DNA from: Blasia pusilla
Taxonomy: Eukaryota
Reading direction: 5' to 3'
Assembly: GCA_050084515.1 (NCBI GenBank)
Contig: CM114271.1
Coordinates: 49,414,001 to 49,478,000, forward strand
DNA: 64,000 nucleotides
In this document: piece by piece, positions 26,401 to 39,818 of the stretch
Position numbering within the stretch: position 1 is the first letter of the stretch
Layout: every line of letters begins with the position of its first letter
The notes under the pieces: model-generated
Seen by the model: the letters and a program-made list of their open reading frames with translations, nothing else
Database searches by the model: none
What the model was told of the DNA's origin: nothing
Position numbers and translations under genes: made by a program

Positions 26401-29400
26401 TCCATAATGCCCTTACTGCAATTCTTGCATTAATCATCATATTGACATATTCACCTTATAAGGAATTGGGCTCCATACATAATTCATAAATTAAAAATTT
26501 GGGAATGGAGATGATCATAGAGACTAAAATTTCCCGTGTCACAAGTAAAAGTGATATTGGTGGGTTGATCGTAAATTCAATTATGAACCACTGAGTCCTA
26601 ATCATAGAAAAAATTCAAAAATTTGGAGGGATGTAGAGAACAAGGATTGAAGGATCAAGGAAACAATTTCATCCTTTGCCTCATCACAATTAGCTAAGTC
26701 TATGGCGTTAAATCTGGCTCTGACTCGAGAAGCAATTCATAATTGTGGATCAAAGGAAGAGAGACCTTGGTGTGACCCACCAAAGTTGAAACCTAGACTA
26801 GCTAGTCATAAGACAAGAATAAGGAGAAAAATATGCCATGAGAATAACGCTAGTCTGGACGTGCTTGCCCATGAGAGTAATCTTAGGAGAAAGGGGGGAT
26901 AGTAAGTTACAAGGAGGAGGGTGGAGCAAGGTAGATGAAAGATCCTTGACCTGAATCAAAGGTAAGTAGCAAGGAAGATGCGAGAAGTCAAGCTGGGTGA
27001 GATTCCATGAGCCCAGTCACAAAGAAAAAAATGGTCGCAAGAGAATCGCGAGACACCAAATGAAAAAAATTAAGACGAGTGCTAGCCATATGCCACAAAA
27101 AATATGGGTAGAGGTTCCAAAATGAGTTTGGTCTACACACATACATGTCTGCGTACAACCTTATCAAGGATTGAATTCTCTTGAGCCATTATTTCCTTTC
27201 CTCTCCCGCAAAAAAGAAAGAATCTCTTTGTCCCTATGTGGGTACTCTAAAATCTAGGCATCTATACTCTCAAATAGACACACAATACTAGATGTTTGTA
27301 GTTTCTACAAACATAGATAATCCCTATGAATCAAAGTTTCTTCTTCAATATGACAAGTTGCTTTTATGTATATGGGCATCTTTATATCTTTCCTTCCGCA
27401 TCAAAATCAATCTTCATTACATAATCTAACAAGAAAAACTTGTAAGCATGAATTTTTATGCTCTGACACATATGGTGTAACAAAGAGCTCAATTGCTAGC
27501 AAGAAGAGGATCTTGCAACGTTGGTATTTTATAATTGAATAGAATAAATTACTCTACATAAGGATGAACAAGAATGTGTTGTCTATCCCTCAATAATTGT
27601 ATGAGCTTGGGTATGAGTCTCCAAATATGATTTTTTCTTGGGTCCTCTCACATGCGTCCTTTTCAACCCTTCAAGTTCAACGATAGAATTATGGATGTAA
27701 GCCCATGGAAAACTCACATTTTTTTTTCTTTATGTTAATAAATATCTTTCATTCTTGTAGTCAAGTTTCAAGCCTTTGAATTTTACCTTTAATGGAGTTG
27801 AAATCCCATGCAAGGCTTCAAAGGTTGCACGAAAACGGAAAATTTCGTCCATGAGACGGACATGCTTGGCGTGCACTCGAGCTCGTCGTGCGGGCCCATC
27901 CATTCTCCAAGATTTCTCAAGATTGCAAGATAGTCACTTGTGCAACTATGTTGATGCATATGCTTTACTTGGAACTTTGATTTGCTCATAGTTTTGATTT
28001 CCAAATGTTATTACTCTTCTTCTATTCATCCTATTTTGGTTATCACAATTTTTTGAAAACCATGAATATTTTAGAATTTAAACTCACCCATCTCTAGTTC
28101 ATGAGTAAAGACTTTTGATCCTTCTTATGAAAACACATCTTTTTTTCAAGGGGAGACTCTTCTCAATCACTAATCGAGAAAACATATTTGTTTAGATATT
28201 CTCCCGCTCCTTGTAAGGTTGGCCATTCTTGCTCCAACAACTTAAAATGTTCTTCCAAGCATGACTCTGAACTCTTCCACCTTCATACAAATTTTTTCTT
28301 GCTTGTAGAACTTGAGTTTTATGATATTTTTTAAAATGATGCCCTTTAATTCTAGCCCTCTATTATCTCAATTTTTAGCTCTTGGATCTCTTTTTGCTCC
28401 TCTCAGCAGATGTATGAGCTCAATTTTCACATAAACACACTCATGCACACACCAAACTTGTACACGAAAAAAGTTTCCCTATTCTTGGTTGGTCAAAAAT
28501 CTCATAATTGACACATACAATTCTCACACTTCCCTTTCAACATGGATCTTTGCACATGTAAACTAGACATCCAAAATGCTCTCATCAGACCTAGTTCCAA
28601 CCTTGTAATAAGATACAAAAGATGTCTCCTTGTGTACTATGTTTCAAGTTAAATTCCCACTTTCTTGAAAGTAGATGAGTATATATCCATCAATAAAGGC
28701 TCAAAGAAACACATACAACTTCTCAAGAACCAACCCATCCTCTCTAATCCTCTCACCAATTCATCTCCACAATGAGTAATTAGCATACTTTAACAACAAA
28801 GTACTCATTCCTCGGAAGGAATCCCACTAATTACATAATTTCATTTAATATGTGCTTAGGGGACTCAACTACAGAAAGATGATCCTTCTCAAGCCTCACC
28901 TTGGGATAAACCCCTTTCCAACTCCCTTAAGCTCTAAGAATGTGATCCGTATGTATAGATCACAAAGGGGGGCCAATAGGTCACTCTTGGACTTTATAAC
29001 CCCAATTACACTAAGGTCTTATGAAAACAAACATGTCCATTGATGTGATGGATTTTTTTGGACAAGCCTATACATGTCATTCCGTCCCCGTTCCGGAGTT
29101 TGTTGGAAACCTAATTTGCTTGTGCAATGATGGGTTGCGGGTGTAGGAAGGCAATGGAGGCTAGGGAGTCCAAGGAAGATAGCATAGGGCAGGGCCAGAT
29201 GCAGGGTGCGAGTCATAGCGCAAGAAAGCAAGGTGTGGGGTGGGGAAAAATATAGAAGAGCAGAGATTGGCATGGGGGGCGCGATGCAGAAGAGGGCATG
29301 TGTTGCGGGGTGGCTCTAGGCATAGTGTGCAAGTTGCAGGGTAGGAGAGTGCGGGAGCAATGGAGGTTGTAGGGACAAGTGCAGAATTGCAGAGACAATT

Positions 29401-32400
29401 GTGGGGGGCATGATGTAGAAGGGGATGTGGGTTGCAAGGCAAATGCCACATGTAGCGCATGGCATGGGGGAGGGGGGCTGGGGTGGGGCGGGACATTTAA
29501 AAAAGAAAAGAAAAAACCAGAATCTACCTACAAACCCTATATGTCCCTTCCAAATGGTGGGATATGGGGACATGCGAGGCGTAAGGATGCCCGAAAAGGC
29601 ATGGGTCAAGGCATGGGGATGGTTAGCAAGGATGCAAGAAGTGGGCGGGCATAGATGTAAGAAGCGAGAAATATTTCCCGCACAAATATGTCCATCCCTG
29701 GAACAACCATGAGTCTGCAGACACCGACTTTGTTTGCATTCAACATGTATAATCTCTCTATTGGGCTCCATTATCTACTCTTGTTGAAGACAACCACTAT
29801 CATGGTGGAAAATTTGTTAAGTTCATTGGAAACATAGAATAAGAAAATCTTTGGATCCTATTTTTTCCTTTGGAAATTTCAATTAAGAAAATTTTCAAGT
29901 CAAATTTCCATCAATAAAAATATCAAGCCATAAAATTTATAGTGTGGATATCCTCCATTGGAAACATCTAACCATTTTTTTCATATAAAATTTCCACCAC
30001 TTGAAATTTCTCCCCGAAATATGTAATAAAAAAAAATAATATACATCCTAGGGGAAGGGAATTATAAGAGATACGTCATCCTTCAATTATGAGGCTTTAT
30101 TTCATTTATAATATTACTTCCATATTAATTATGCAATCTTCCTTCGTTTACAATTTTTATTTGTCGTGCACATATACATTGTTGTCACCAAACACACACA
30201 CAAACACACACGGTCGCATGCTGACTCATGGCATCCAAACATCAAGATGATAAGTACCAAAATATCTCTTTGTAAATTAAGTCATACTCTCAACTACAAT
30301 TAAAACCCTACATTTAAATTTACCTCATATAACTCACTAATCTTATGTTCTTTCTATATAAGATAATATAATATCTACATTCTCTCTTTGAAAGAAAGTG
30401 TGCTTTTTTTGGAAGAGATTATCCTCATATAATAAACTCCTTACTAAAATAATCATTTGGGCCTTGTTATAAGTTTTAGCTAAGGAACTATTCAAGACGC
30501 AGCTTGAGGTATTTACCCACGTACTTTGGTTTAGGTGAGCGACTAGGTGAGATTGCCAAATTGGTCGAGGCTTACGGAAGTGGCTATGTAGGAAACTAGT
30601 ATGATCTATGTATATACCTCAAGAGACTCAGAGCCATTAAGCACTTAAGGACTTCACTAACTTGCCAATGGAATACATGACTCGTTAATTCTTTGAGACT
30701 CAACCCAAGCCTTCCGTTCACAAGGCTCAAGGACAAGATCTCTTTGCATGCTAACAAGGAAGAGAAGAAGTTCAAATCTATGATGTGGTATGAAAGCACA
30801 CAACGAAATAGGCCATGATGAGTGGAAAATTTTGGTAGAGGCTATTACCATGGTAGAGGACAATAAAATGCCCAAGAAGAGTAAGAAGAAGGTCATGGAT
30901 GTTGAAACGCCTTGGGATGGGGAAGGATCAAGGAACGAAGCGAGTGAATCAATAGGCCTTGTTCTTCTAATGATGTTTGAAGAATTATAGATATTAAATG
31001 AGGGAAACAATGAGAATGATGGATGGGAGATGAAATACCATTTTGCGAGACATCTTCCCTGAAGACTTTTGGCAATCCATTCAAAAGACTCAACCTCAGG
31101 GGGGCCAAAAACCAAGTCGTTGGGCAAAAGGAGCAAGGGTGCACATGGACAAAGTCCATGTCCATAGACTTATGTCTATCCCTAGGACGGAGATGTCTAT
31201 GCAGGCTCGAGTGCCCGCGGCTTGCATTTGAGCCCACTCTTGGAGCCTGCCAAGCTTGTAGCGGGCACTTGGCTCGCCGAGCCAGCATCGGTTTGTCGCC
31301 CGTTCATGGTTGGCTTCAAGCCCGCCATGCATGAGCCTAGCGTGCATGTGCAGGCCCAGTGTAGGCTCAGCCAGCCGGGTGCCCACTATGAACTCAGCAG
31401 GTTGTGGGTGCAGGCTGCGGATACACGCGTGACATGTCTGTGGACATGTCCGTCCTATGGACAAACTTGTCCATTTATGTGTAACCTTGAAAAGGAGTCA
31501 TTCCCGATTGAGAAGAGGGAGAATGGGGAGGTGAAGAGAGAAGTTCTTGAACATGGGTTGATAATCTTTCAAGCTTCAATGAGTTCTAACACGTCATCTT
31601 GGAGGTGTTAAGAGACAAACCATTATGGCAACAACGACTGGTTGCAGTATCAACAACCGGCTTACTCAAGAGGTCCACTCTTACGCAAAGAAAGACTCTC
31701 AACACAACAACGGAGCCACGAGGTCACAAAGCTGGGAAATTAAAGAATAAGGATGGGGCGAACTGTGCTCCAAGAGTCAAGGAGAGAGCTGCACCATGGA
31801 TGGGTTGAGAGTTGGTTGTTCCGACCAAAAACCGAGGTTGAGGCAAGTCAAAGCGGTCTGTGATTAGAGGCAAGAATGACTAACAAGACATGCCACAAGA
31901 GTGTGTGAGGAGTGGTATTGTCATCAAGTGGACAAAGATATCCTACGGGGGCTGGCTGGAGCAAATTGCGTAGGTGCAAAGGTGAGCAAGACGACTAGAA
32001 GGGCCTCGTAAAAGCATAGCAAAGCCGAGGTACACAAGGAAATGGCGAGCTCAAGTGGATAAGGAGGGACTATGTACATGAGCTAAAAATGTGATGCAAC
32101 TAGGGCACGGGTGAGTAAGAAAAACGCAGGACAAAGGCAAAGAGGGGTAGCCGTGAGAGGCAGAAGGGCAGCTTGCATGGAGTTGCCCTTCTCTGGTGCT
32201 ATTCCAAGCTAGATCAGTTTTGGTTCAGACAACGGGGCCAAAAAAATGTATGCGGCTCCGTTGGCCTCCGTTCCCAACTATTATTTGTCTTTTTGTAGTT
32301 TATTTCTCACCTTCATCCTTGCATATAAGGTCCAACTGTAGGAATAAAGAAGGTGAGAAAGGAAAGAAATAGTGATTTCTAAACCCCCTTTCTTCTTTTA

Positions 32401-32539
32401 ATTGTCTTATATTTTTATAGATGTGTGGTTTTCATATCTTCTATGGAACTATTTAAGAAAAAGGTTTTTTTAAAAATTTTTTGGAAACAAACCAATAAGG
32501 AAAACCAATCTCAATTCTATTCTTAATGGAGACAAGGAA

Positions 32540-34458
32540 ATTAGGAGAAAATAATGAAAGCCTTATATGCCTATGTTTGGAGGCATATTGGACCCAGGTG
32601 AATTAGGTAAGAGCATGCCAGCCATTTAGGCACTGAGCTAGGTAGGGGAGGTTGAAGGAATGAGGGTTGCTTTACATTGGGAAGCAAGGTAGGCATTGTG
32701 AGTCGGGAGGAGTCATGAGGAAAGTAGGTTATGAGCAAAGACGGGCTCCAAGAAGCTAGGGACTCCTATATAGGGCACAGGGTTGGTATAGGTATGTATG
32801 TAAGGTGGTGTAGAGTTGGGAATACCTGAGGTCAAGCAAACATTAAGAGAGCCACTTGACATGAGAGTATGGTGTAGCCAAGAGAGAGTCAAATGATGGA
32901 GTACACAAACAACCCTTTTGCCCATAGGACGGCAAGATGGTATGATAGGGAAACGTGCAGCGGAGATGGAAGAGAGAGCCATGATAGAGGAGTTGGGATA
33001 AGGCAAATTGGACATGGTGAAGTCCATGTGATGTTTTACTAGAGGGTAGATGTGTGTGGTTCAAGTGAAGCCACGCTCTCAATCAGGGTCATGATATATT
33101 GTAGAGTTGGGAATACCCAAGATCAAGTAGATAGTAGTAGAGCCAATTGACTTGAGACCATGGTGTAGCTAGGAGGGAGTTAAATAAAGGAGTAGACAAA
33201 ATAAACTCTTTTCCGCACGTGCAAAGGGCGGTGAGATGGTCTCATAGGGAAACATACAACCAAGATGGAAGAGAGTGCCATAATAATGGAGTTGGGGTAA
33301 GGAAGATTAGACATGGTGAAGGCCATATGATGTATTCATCTGCTACTAGAGGTAGTTTTATGTGCTTCAAGTGAAGCTACTCAGTCAATCAGGGTCATGA
33401 TGTGGTAGGATTAAACACGTAACCTCCAAGGTGATAAGAGGTAGGTTGGAGGGATTCCTTGGAGATTTCATGTCTTGGTGTTGGTTGTTATGGATCATGA
33501 TTGGTGGTGAGATGGAACAACCCATTGAGGGTGGTTGATTGAGTGTTCAACTTGTTAGTACTTTGCTAAGTTTGGGTGGGATGGATGTTCTGCATGGCTG
33601 GTCTACAATGGAGTGCTCGAGGTGGAGACACACATGATGATGCCGACAAATAATACATATATGCTAACGAGAGGTTTGACCTGCTATTTGACCATAAACC
33701 CTTTGGATTGCGCTCATCATCTCTAGTTGGGAAATGGTTTGTCTTTAGCTACTCCGATTCTCTATTGTAGGCAACAAAGCTCCATAGCTTTGCATCGTGC
33801 CCATGCTAATGGGCTTTTGCGGTGGGCTTAGGCTTAGGCTTTGGGAGATGTTGGCGCTAGAGGCCTACTTAATGGTAGTCATGGCTCTCAAGGTATTGTT
33901 GATATTGTCTCTACTATTGATGAGTCTATCCGGTAAGAGGGGGGTGTCCCTTTTTCTTTTCCTAGGATGTTGTGGCCTTCACGTACTCAACTCTTTGAGT
34001 CACCCTCTATTGTACTCCAAATAGGTTTTCCATCATCTAATTTTATTGAGGCTTCACATATTCCTGTTTGAGGATATTTTAGTGTGGTGGAGGTTGTTGC
34101 ACCACATGGATCATTTAGTGTTAATCATGCACTAACGTGATAGCACGTGTGTTCAGGTAATTCATTTGAGTCCCTTTTCCCAAACTTATCTCCTCTCATT
34201 GAGGGCCTTGGATATTGGGTAGAGCTAATGCTAGATTGGTGTAGCAATGGTGTTGAGTGAAGACTCCTTATGCATGAAGTACATGTATCTGTGGGTATAG
34301 GGTGATTTTGAGTAGGGATCACGTATATGACCTGAGAGATTGTCCATAGTTTAAGTGAGCTATTATAGGAGGCTTAAGATGAGCCTGATTGGTTGAGTGT
34401 GTATGAGGTCAAGTGTGTCATCATGTGATTAGCGATAGCATAGGTGAGCTTGTGAGGA
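32540..34458. repeat. Decayed repeat-derived sequence with ~290-bp tandem duplication (32811-33095 / 33102-33401); insertion site of the MULE
   Basis: Both units start TAGAGTTGGGAATACC and end TCAATCAGGGTCATGAT. Similar sequence resumes after 47138. Confidence 0.55.
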
Positions 34459-34867
34459 GGTGCGGTAAGAGGAGAGGAAGAGAGGAAGAGAGGAAGAGAG
34501 GAGAGAGGAGAGAGGAAACTAGGGTCAAACGAAATAGATACTTTTTTTTGAAGAGAGTTTCTGTTGGGTTGAAGAGAGGAAAATTTTGTTTGAAATTTTT
34601 TGCACTTTTTTGTTCATATATTAAGCAGTCCCACAATTTTTTTTTCCTCTTCCATATTTTGGCAACCCCTCTGAGTCCGACAAGTTGCAAATTGCACAAA
34701 ATTTAGAAAACTGAAAGAATCAGTGGAATCATAAGTGTGGAACCAATCACTTTTTCCATCAAGGTCTGGAAAAAATCTGTCATTTGCCCGGGGCTGAATA
34801 GAGTTCAAGCTCAAAGTGAAGGTTGAGAAAAAAAAAGAAGTACAATCTAAAACCTCATTTTGCATCC

Positions 34868-37800
34868 TCAAAGTGGTTTGTTTAAAATACTTCGAACTTC
34901 TTTGAGGGACAGAATTGGTTGGTGGATTCCTACTCCTACCTCCGACTCTCTTAAAACTACCAGCAACACATAGTACATGTGCTTACAAGGGAAATACCTT
35001 TTTCCACTTGTCTCTCTTTGGACAAAGTCATCACATGAACATGTGGGAAAGCAACAGATGTGCACCACATACACCCTTGTGACACTTGAATTTACAGTGT
35101 TGTTCCTAACCCAATACATCCTTCCTATTCCATTGCCACTCAAGACATCTTTCATGGCGATGATATCCATTTTTGCCTCCCGAGCTAATGCAATTCGCTT
35201 TGCTCTCTCCACCGTTGGCCTGCACATTTTGTTTCTCTTCACCCCATTTCTAGACTCAAACAGAAATAATGGATTGAGATCATCCACCTTCTCCGGGTAC
35301 ATGTTGACATCAATCTTGGGTTGAATACGAAATGCGAAGGTCTCTGTAATGCGAACATGCTCCAAACTTCCCCCGTCTACGAGTCTGAAACTGGCACTTG
35401 TAAGATTGTCCACTTCGTCTTGAGTGCAGTTCGTGCCTGCGGCGATGGGCCAAATCGTGGGGGTATTCCCGGGAGCTCTAATGGTAGCCGGATAAGACTT
35501 CCGGAAAGCGCAAGATTCATTTGGGCAGAAGAAGTACTTCAATTGATCCCCGGTCCTCGTGAAACGATCAAAGGTTTTGAGTCCCCAAAACCCAGGCAGT
35601 GGTCGTCCAATCCTTGTACAGTTCTTATTTAGGAAAGTGCCGCATGCTCTCCTAATGCCATCAGATCCTGCCCTGCAGGTGGGTCCACGTCCTGGGTTGC
35701 TCCGAGATATATGCCACCGTTTTAGGTTGCAATCCACCTCCATTACCGGAATCCCATATTGTTGAACCACCCTAGTGACAGGATGTTGCGAACTTCCAAC
35801 AACGGAGGGCTTTTGAAATAAAACATTCACTGATTTTGGAGAAGTAACTCCGTCACAGATTTGGGACGGGTCCGGAGTCCCCGAATACCTAGGCGGTGTA
35901 ATTTCCTCATCCAAATCAATCACCGGATTCGTTCTGGATCTTTGCCTCTTCACCGCCTGAAGTCAAGATACTTATATGGTCTCCACGAGTCTCGTTCGGA
36001 TTGCTCTACCACCATTTGTATGGGGACGTCTTGAAACCCGCCACGAATATCCCCACCTATGTGTACGTCTTCCTCGAGTGGAGTTCCACTACGCGACCGG
36101 TTGAAGGCTTCGACATACAATTTTTATCACCAGATCTCATAGTCATACGACATAGAGCTCGAGATCGGCGACCCTTTTCCTTTTGTTATGCCTTTTGTGA
36201 GGAAGATATGGGATCTGCAGGTAGCATTGCTCTTGCCTGGTCTTGTTGGCATGCCTCCACAAGTGAAATTCGTTGGCATGCTTGTGACAACCTCCAAGAG
36301 GAATGAACACTTTCTGCTCCACTTGTGTTGGGGTAGAGGGCATTTTCATGAACGTTCAATCCCTGCAACGACGGCAATGTTAGAAGGGAACGAAAATAAC
36401 TCAGGAGTCAAAGAAATAAGTGACTTGTCGAAACCAGATGGGTTGTAGGCCCGAGATATCCTATGAACGACTCTACGACCCGTTGGGTCCCGACGTGTTG
36501 TAACCTTAAACCCACCTATTGCAACCCGTCGGAACCGGACGGGTTGCAAGGCCGAGGCATCCCATGAACGACTCTGTGACCCGTCGCGTCCCGACGGGTT
36601 GCACACTCGGGTTGCACCAAACATCTGGATGCAACCCGTCGGTTTCCGTCGGGTTGCACACTCGGATAACCCGTCGCATCCGACATCTTGCTTGGTTTCT
36701 TCCGTTTGAAATCCATATAATTCCCACGCTTCTCACCCTGAGCTACAACTTTACAAAAAATTCTCAGCGTGAGCTTGACAAGACAAAATAGTGAACTCAC
36801 CTGCCGCATGAAGTTTCCCCATTGTCTCATAATGCAGTCCACCAACTCAACCAAGAGCACAACTCTTTGTACTTCCCCTCAATCGCATGCTTCCTCCACC
36901 ACCCATGAAGTTCTTCCTGGCATTCCATGGCCTGCTTCAAGGTTTTGCTGTCCTTGCAGCGTTGGAGTAGAGTGACATGCTCTGTCCTCTTATTCTCCTT
37001 GATGCAAGATTTGGTGTACCGGGTCACAAACTGTTGCCAATGGAAAGCATCCAACCTTTCCCTCTCCGCTTGAACCTCTCCACCCCAGAACACTTCCCGG
37101 ATAGCAATCCACCCAGGTTGTGCATTGTCTGCCATGAACCCATAAATTTCCAGAGGTGGCCTTTTGTTTTCCTTCACCACCTCCAATAAGAGTAACCAGC
37201 ACATCTTCAAACTGCCAACGTCTTCTGCCTTTACTTCACAGATAAATATAGTTTTGAGTCCCTTCTCCACATGGTCATAAACGTGAGCACCCATTGTCAA
37301 CCATCCGTTCAACACTCTGTAGCAAATATCAAAGCTTACCCAGCTCCCATAAAGATCTTCCCCTTCCCTCATTCGATCTATAAGATCGAGGCCACTCGAC
37401 GGACCTGTGGTTGACATTTTGAAGACATAGGCCCTGGATCCCTCGCCTCCTTGGCCCATGAACTACCATCTCTGAATGAATGGAAATCTGGAGTTGGCCT
37501 TGATTCGGCGATGGCATCCATTTCGGCCGTCTTTCCATCGTAACTCGATTTGACGCAAATTCGGAAGCATTCGGGATCAGCGAGAAATGCGAGATTCTCC
37601 GCAGTTGTTTCTCCTCAACGCCGTGATGTCACCCCGCCCAGGATTCCAAGCAATTTTTCACAAATTTGTGATGCCGTTGTAGAGCTTGATCACTCCGGCT
37701 TTGAACCCGGAGAGTTTCAGAGACCTCGGCTACTTTCTTCGCCACATCCTCTTTGATGTGTCTTTGAATTGCATCGTTACAGGATGAGTGTGGGAGCCAA

Positions 37801-38791
37801 CATGGACCCGACCTTGTATACTCGACGTGGAGCCCAAGTCGTGGACAATGAAAAATATGTATGCAGGACCGCTCCAACGCAGAAGGGAGATGCCGACAAT
37901 GAGGACATCGATGGCCTCCCGGCGTATGGTGGCACCGACCTCGTATGGAGTTTCTGCATTCTTGGGAGGGAATTGCGGACGTATTGACTCGCCGTTGCGC
38001 TCTAGATACGGGCATGCTTTGGACTTCTACACTCCAAGGCTCCCACGCATTGGCGGCGGGAGACAATCCAGGACCATCTGGAATTGAAGCATGGTCCGTT
38101 GAAGCTGCACCATCGATGACAATCGACTTTTCGTCCCATACCCTTCAGCGCCCTCCATCCTTCTTTTGAGCAGAGCAGCAAGTGGAGGCAACTCAAAAAT
38201 GCAATTACCATCGTACGTGGGCGGCAGCTCGTCGACAAGAATGTGCTTGAACATTTTCAAGGCCAGAGACGAAAGCAAACTATTGCCTGATACTCGCAAG
38301 AGGAAGGAGTAGGCGGACAGAGGGCCCGATTGGTGTCCGACAGATCCACTGAGGTTGATAACATCCGGAATCTCTTCACGAAGAATAACATTGTTACGAG
38401 CGTGCGAAGTTGGAGTCGAAGCCGGATCTGCAGAGCTTGGAGTTGCAAACGTAGAGCTCGGAGCACTAGGAAATTCTAGACCGTCTACTTGGGAAACAGA
38501 CGAATTCACGGGCAAGCCGTAAACTCTGTATTGACCATTTGGTAGAGGTAGGAGATTCCATACTTTACGGTCTGAGGTCACTCGCTGGACCGTCTCACCT
38601 ATTATGTCTTCCGTATCGTCCACCCTAACATCTTTGGATACAAAGATGGTTCCAATTTGGAGAAGAAATTGAACAGACAGAAAATTTTCATCTACTACTA
38701 TGAAAGACTCACGAGCTTGGGGTCGAATGATTTCTGATTGAGGAAGGGCCGCCAGATGATTGCCACAAGTGAGCTTAACATAATTATCCAT
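34868..38791 (-). pseudogene. MULE transposase (GCM-like DBD, DDE core, C-terminal SWIM finger), spliced, frameshifted
   Basis: GCM-like CVGALEC...HVGSHTHP (37781-37804). DDE motifs WVSFDICYR, GFMADNA, DAFHW (CxxH position) and PNTSGAESVH. SWIM CSCDDF...PCKHMYYV. Intron 36800 (GTGAGT) to 36363 (TTGCAG); stop at 34868. Confidence 0.88.
36425..36690. repeat. Palindrome array 1 (transposase intron)
   Basis: GCAACCCGTCGG.n.CCGACGGGTTGC-like units starting at 36521, 36576 and 36631, plus degenerate copies. Confidence 0.9.
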
Positions 38792-38817
38792 TCCAAGAAG
38801 ATTCCAACCGGAGGAGA

Positions 38818-38848
38818 CTGAGAATGAGAATGAGAATGAGAATGAGAA
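38818..38848. repeat. (GAGAAT)5 microsatellite forming the pyrimidine tract of a putative 5'-UTR intron acceptor of the transposase
   Basis: Minus strand reads (ATTCTC)n-AG ending at 38818. Candidate donor CAG|GTAATT at 39051. Confidence 0.55.
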
Positions 38849-39018
38849 TTTTTAATTTATAGTGAATAGGAAACAGATACTCCTGACAGATTTTTACTGA
38901 CAAGATGAATTCGGTGGGTGATATTGTCTGACACAATGGATCCAATTCTGTAACACATTCAATTCTGTTGCAATATGTTATCGGATTTGGGAAGCAGAGG
39001 GTTGCGCATCACACTTGG

Positions 39019-39733
39019 AACCCGTCGGAGTCCTGGTAACTAAAAAATTACCTGAACCTAACCGAAGCCTGCAACCCGTCGGCATCGGACGGGTTGCACG
39101 CTTCTGTTAAACATTGTCGAAGCGAGCAACCCTTCACTCTCCGACGAGTTGCTCGAATACCGCTCCTTCTTGCCCGAAGATGCCGGAGGCGTGCAAACCG
39201 TCTGTTCCCAACGAGTTCCGCGGGTGCCTCACATTTTAGCCCAAAGACTGCGAGGCGTGCAACCCGTCGCCCTCCAATGGGTTGCGCAAGGGCCTCGCCT
39301 TGTGGTGCATCCAGCCAGACTCTGACGACTTGCACGGGAAGCCCTCGTTCTTAACCCTTGATGAGGGAAGCGTGCAACCCAACGGTCTCCGACGGATTGC
39401 CCAAGATACGTCCCGTTCCCGTCCCAAACACGGCGGAGGCGCGGAACATGTCGGTCTCCGACGGGTTGCACGGGTACCTCGCATTCTTTTCCAAAGACGA
39501 CGGAGGCGCTCAACCCGTCGGTCTCCGACGGGTTGCTCGCGCACGTGGCGACGTACCCAGGATGGTGGAGGTGCGCAACATGTCGGTCTCCGACGGGTTG
39601 CGCGGGTACCTCGCGTTCTTTTCCGAAGACGACGGAGGCGCTCAACCCGTCGGTCTCTGACGGGTTGCTCGCGTACGTGGCAACGTACCCAGGATGGCGG
39701 AGCCGCGCAACCTATTGGACTCTGACGGGTTGC
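39019..39733. repeat. Palindrome array 2 (divergent promoter region), ~66-bp period
   Basis: Units start at 39071, 39126, 39193, 39259, 39307, 39374, 39443, 39510, 39575, 39642 and 39707. A higher-order ~132-bp dimer is repeated at 39443-39706. Confidence 0.92.
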
Positions 39734-39810
39734 CATTTTTCACGTCCGGACTTCCGTAACATCCGGCACGTCGCCGTCGAAAGGACGACGGGACCCAACG
39801 GCTAGAAAAG

Positions 39811-39818
39811 TATAAATA
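39811..39818 (+). promoter_or_regulatory. Putative TATA box of the ParB-MTase gene
   Basis: TATAAATA in GC-rich context, ~80 bp downstream of array 2 and ~300 bp upstream of ATG 40110. Confidence 0.5.

Noticed and set aside
29019-31808. Clusters of 60-160-aa ORFs in GC-rich patches
   Set aside because: Low-complexity, overlapping on both strands and with no recognisable domain. Part is a dispersed repeat also seen at ~50130-50200.
39048-39805. Many overlapping ORFs in all frames (also 36346-36860, 41356-41770, 44188-44388)
   Set aside because: Artefacts of GC-rich palindromic repeats lacking stop codons; the translations are repetitive.
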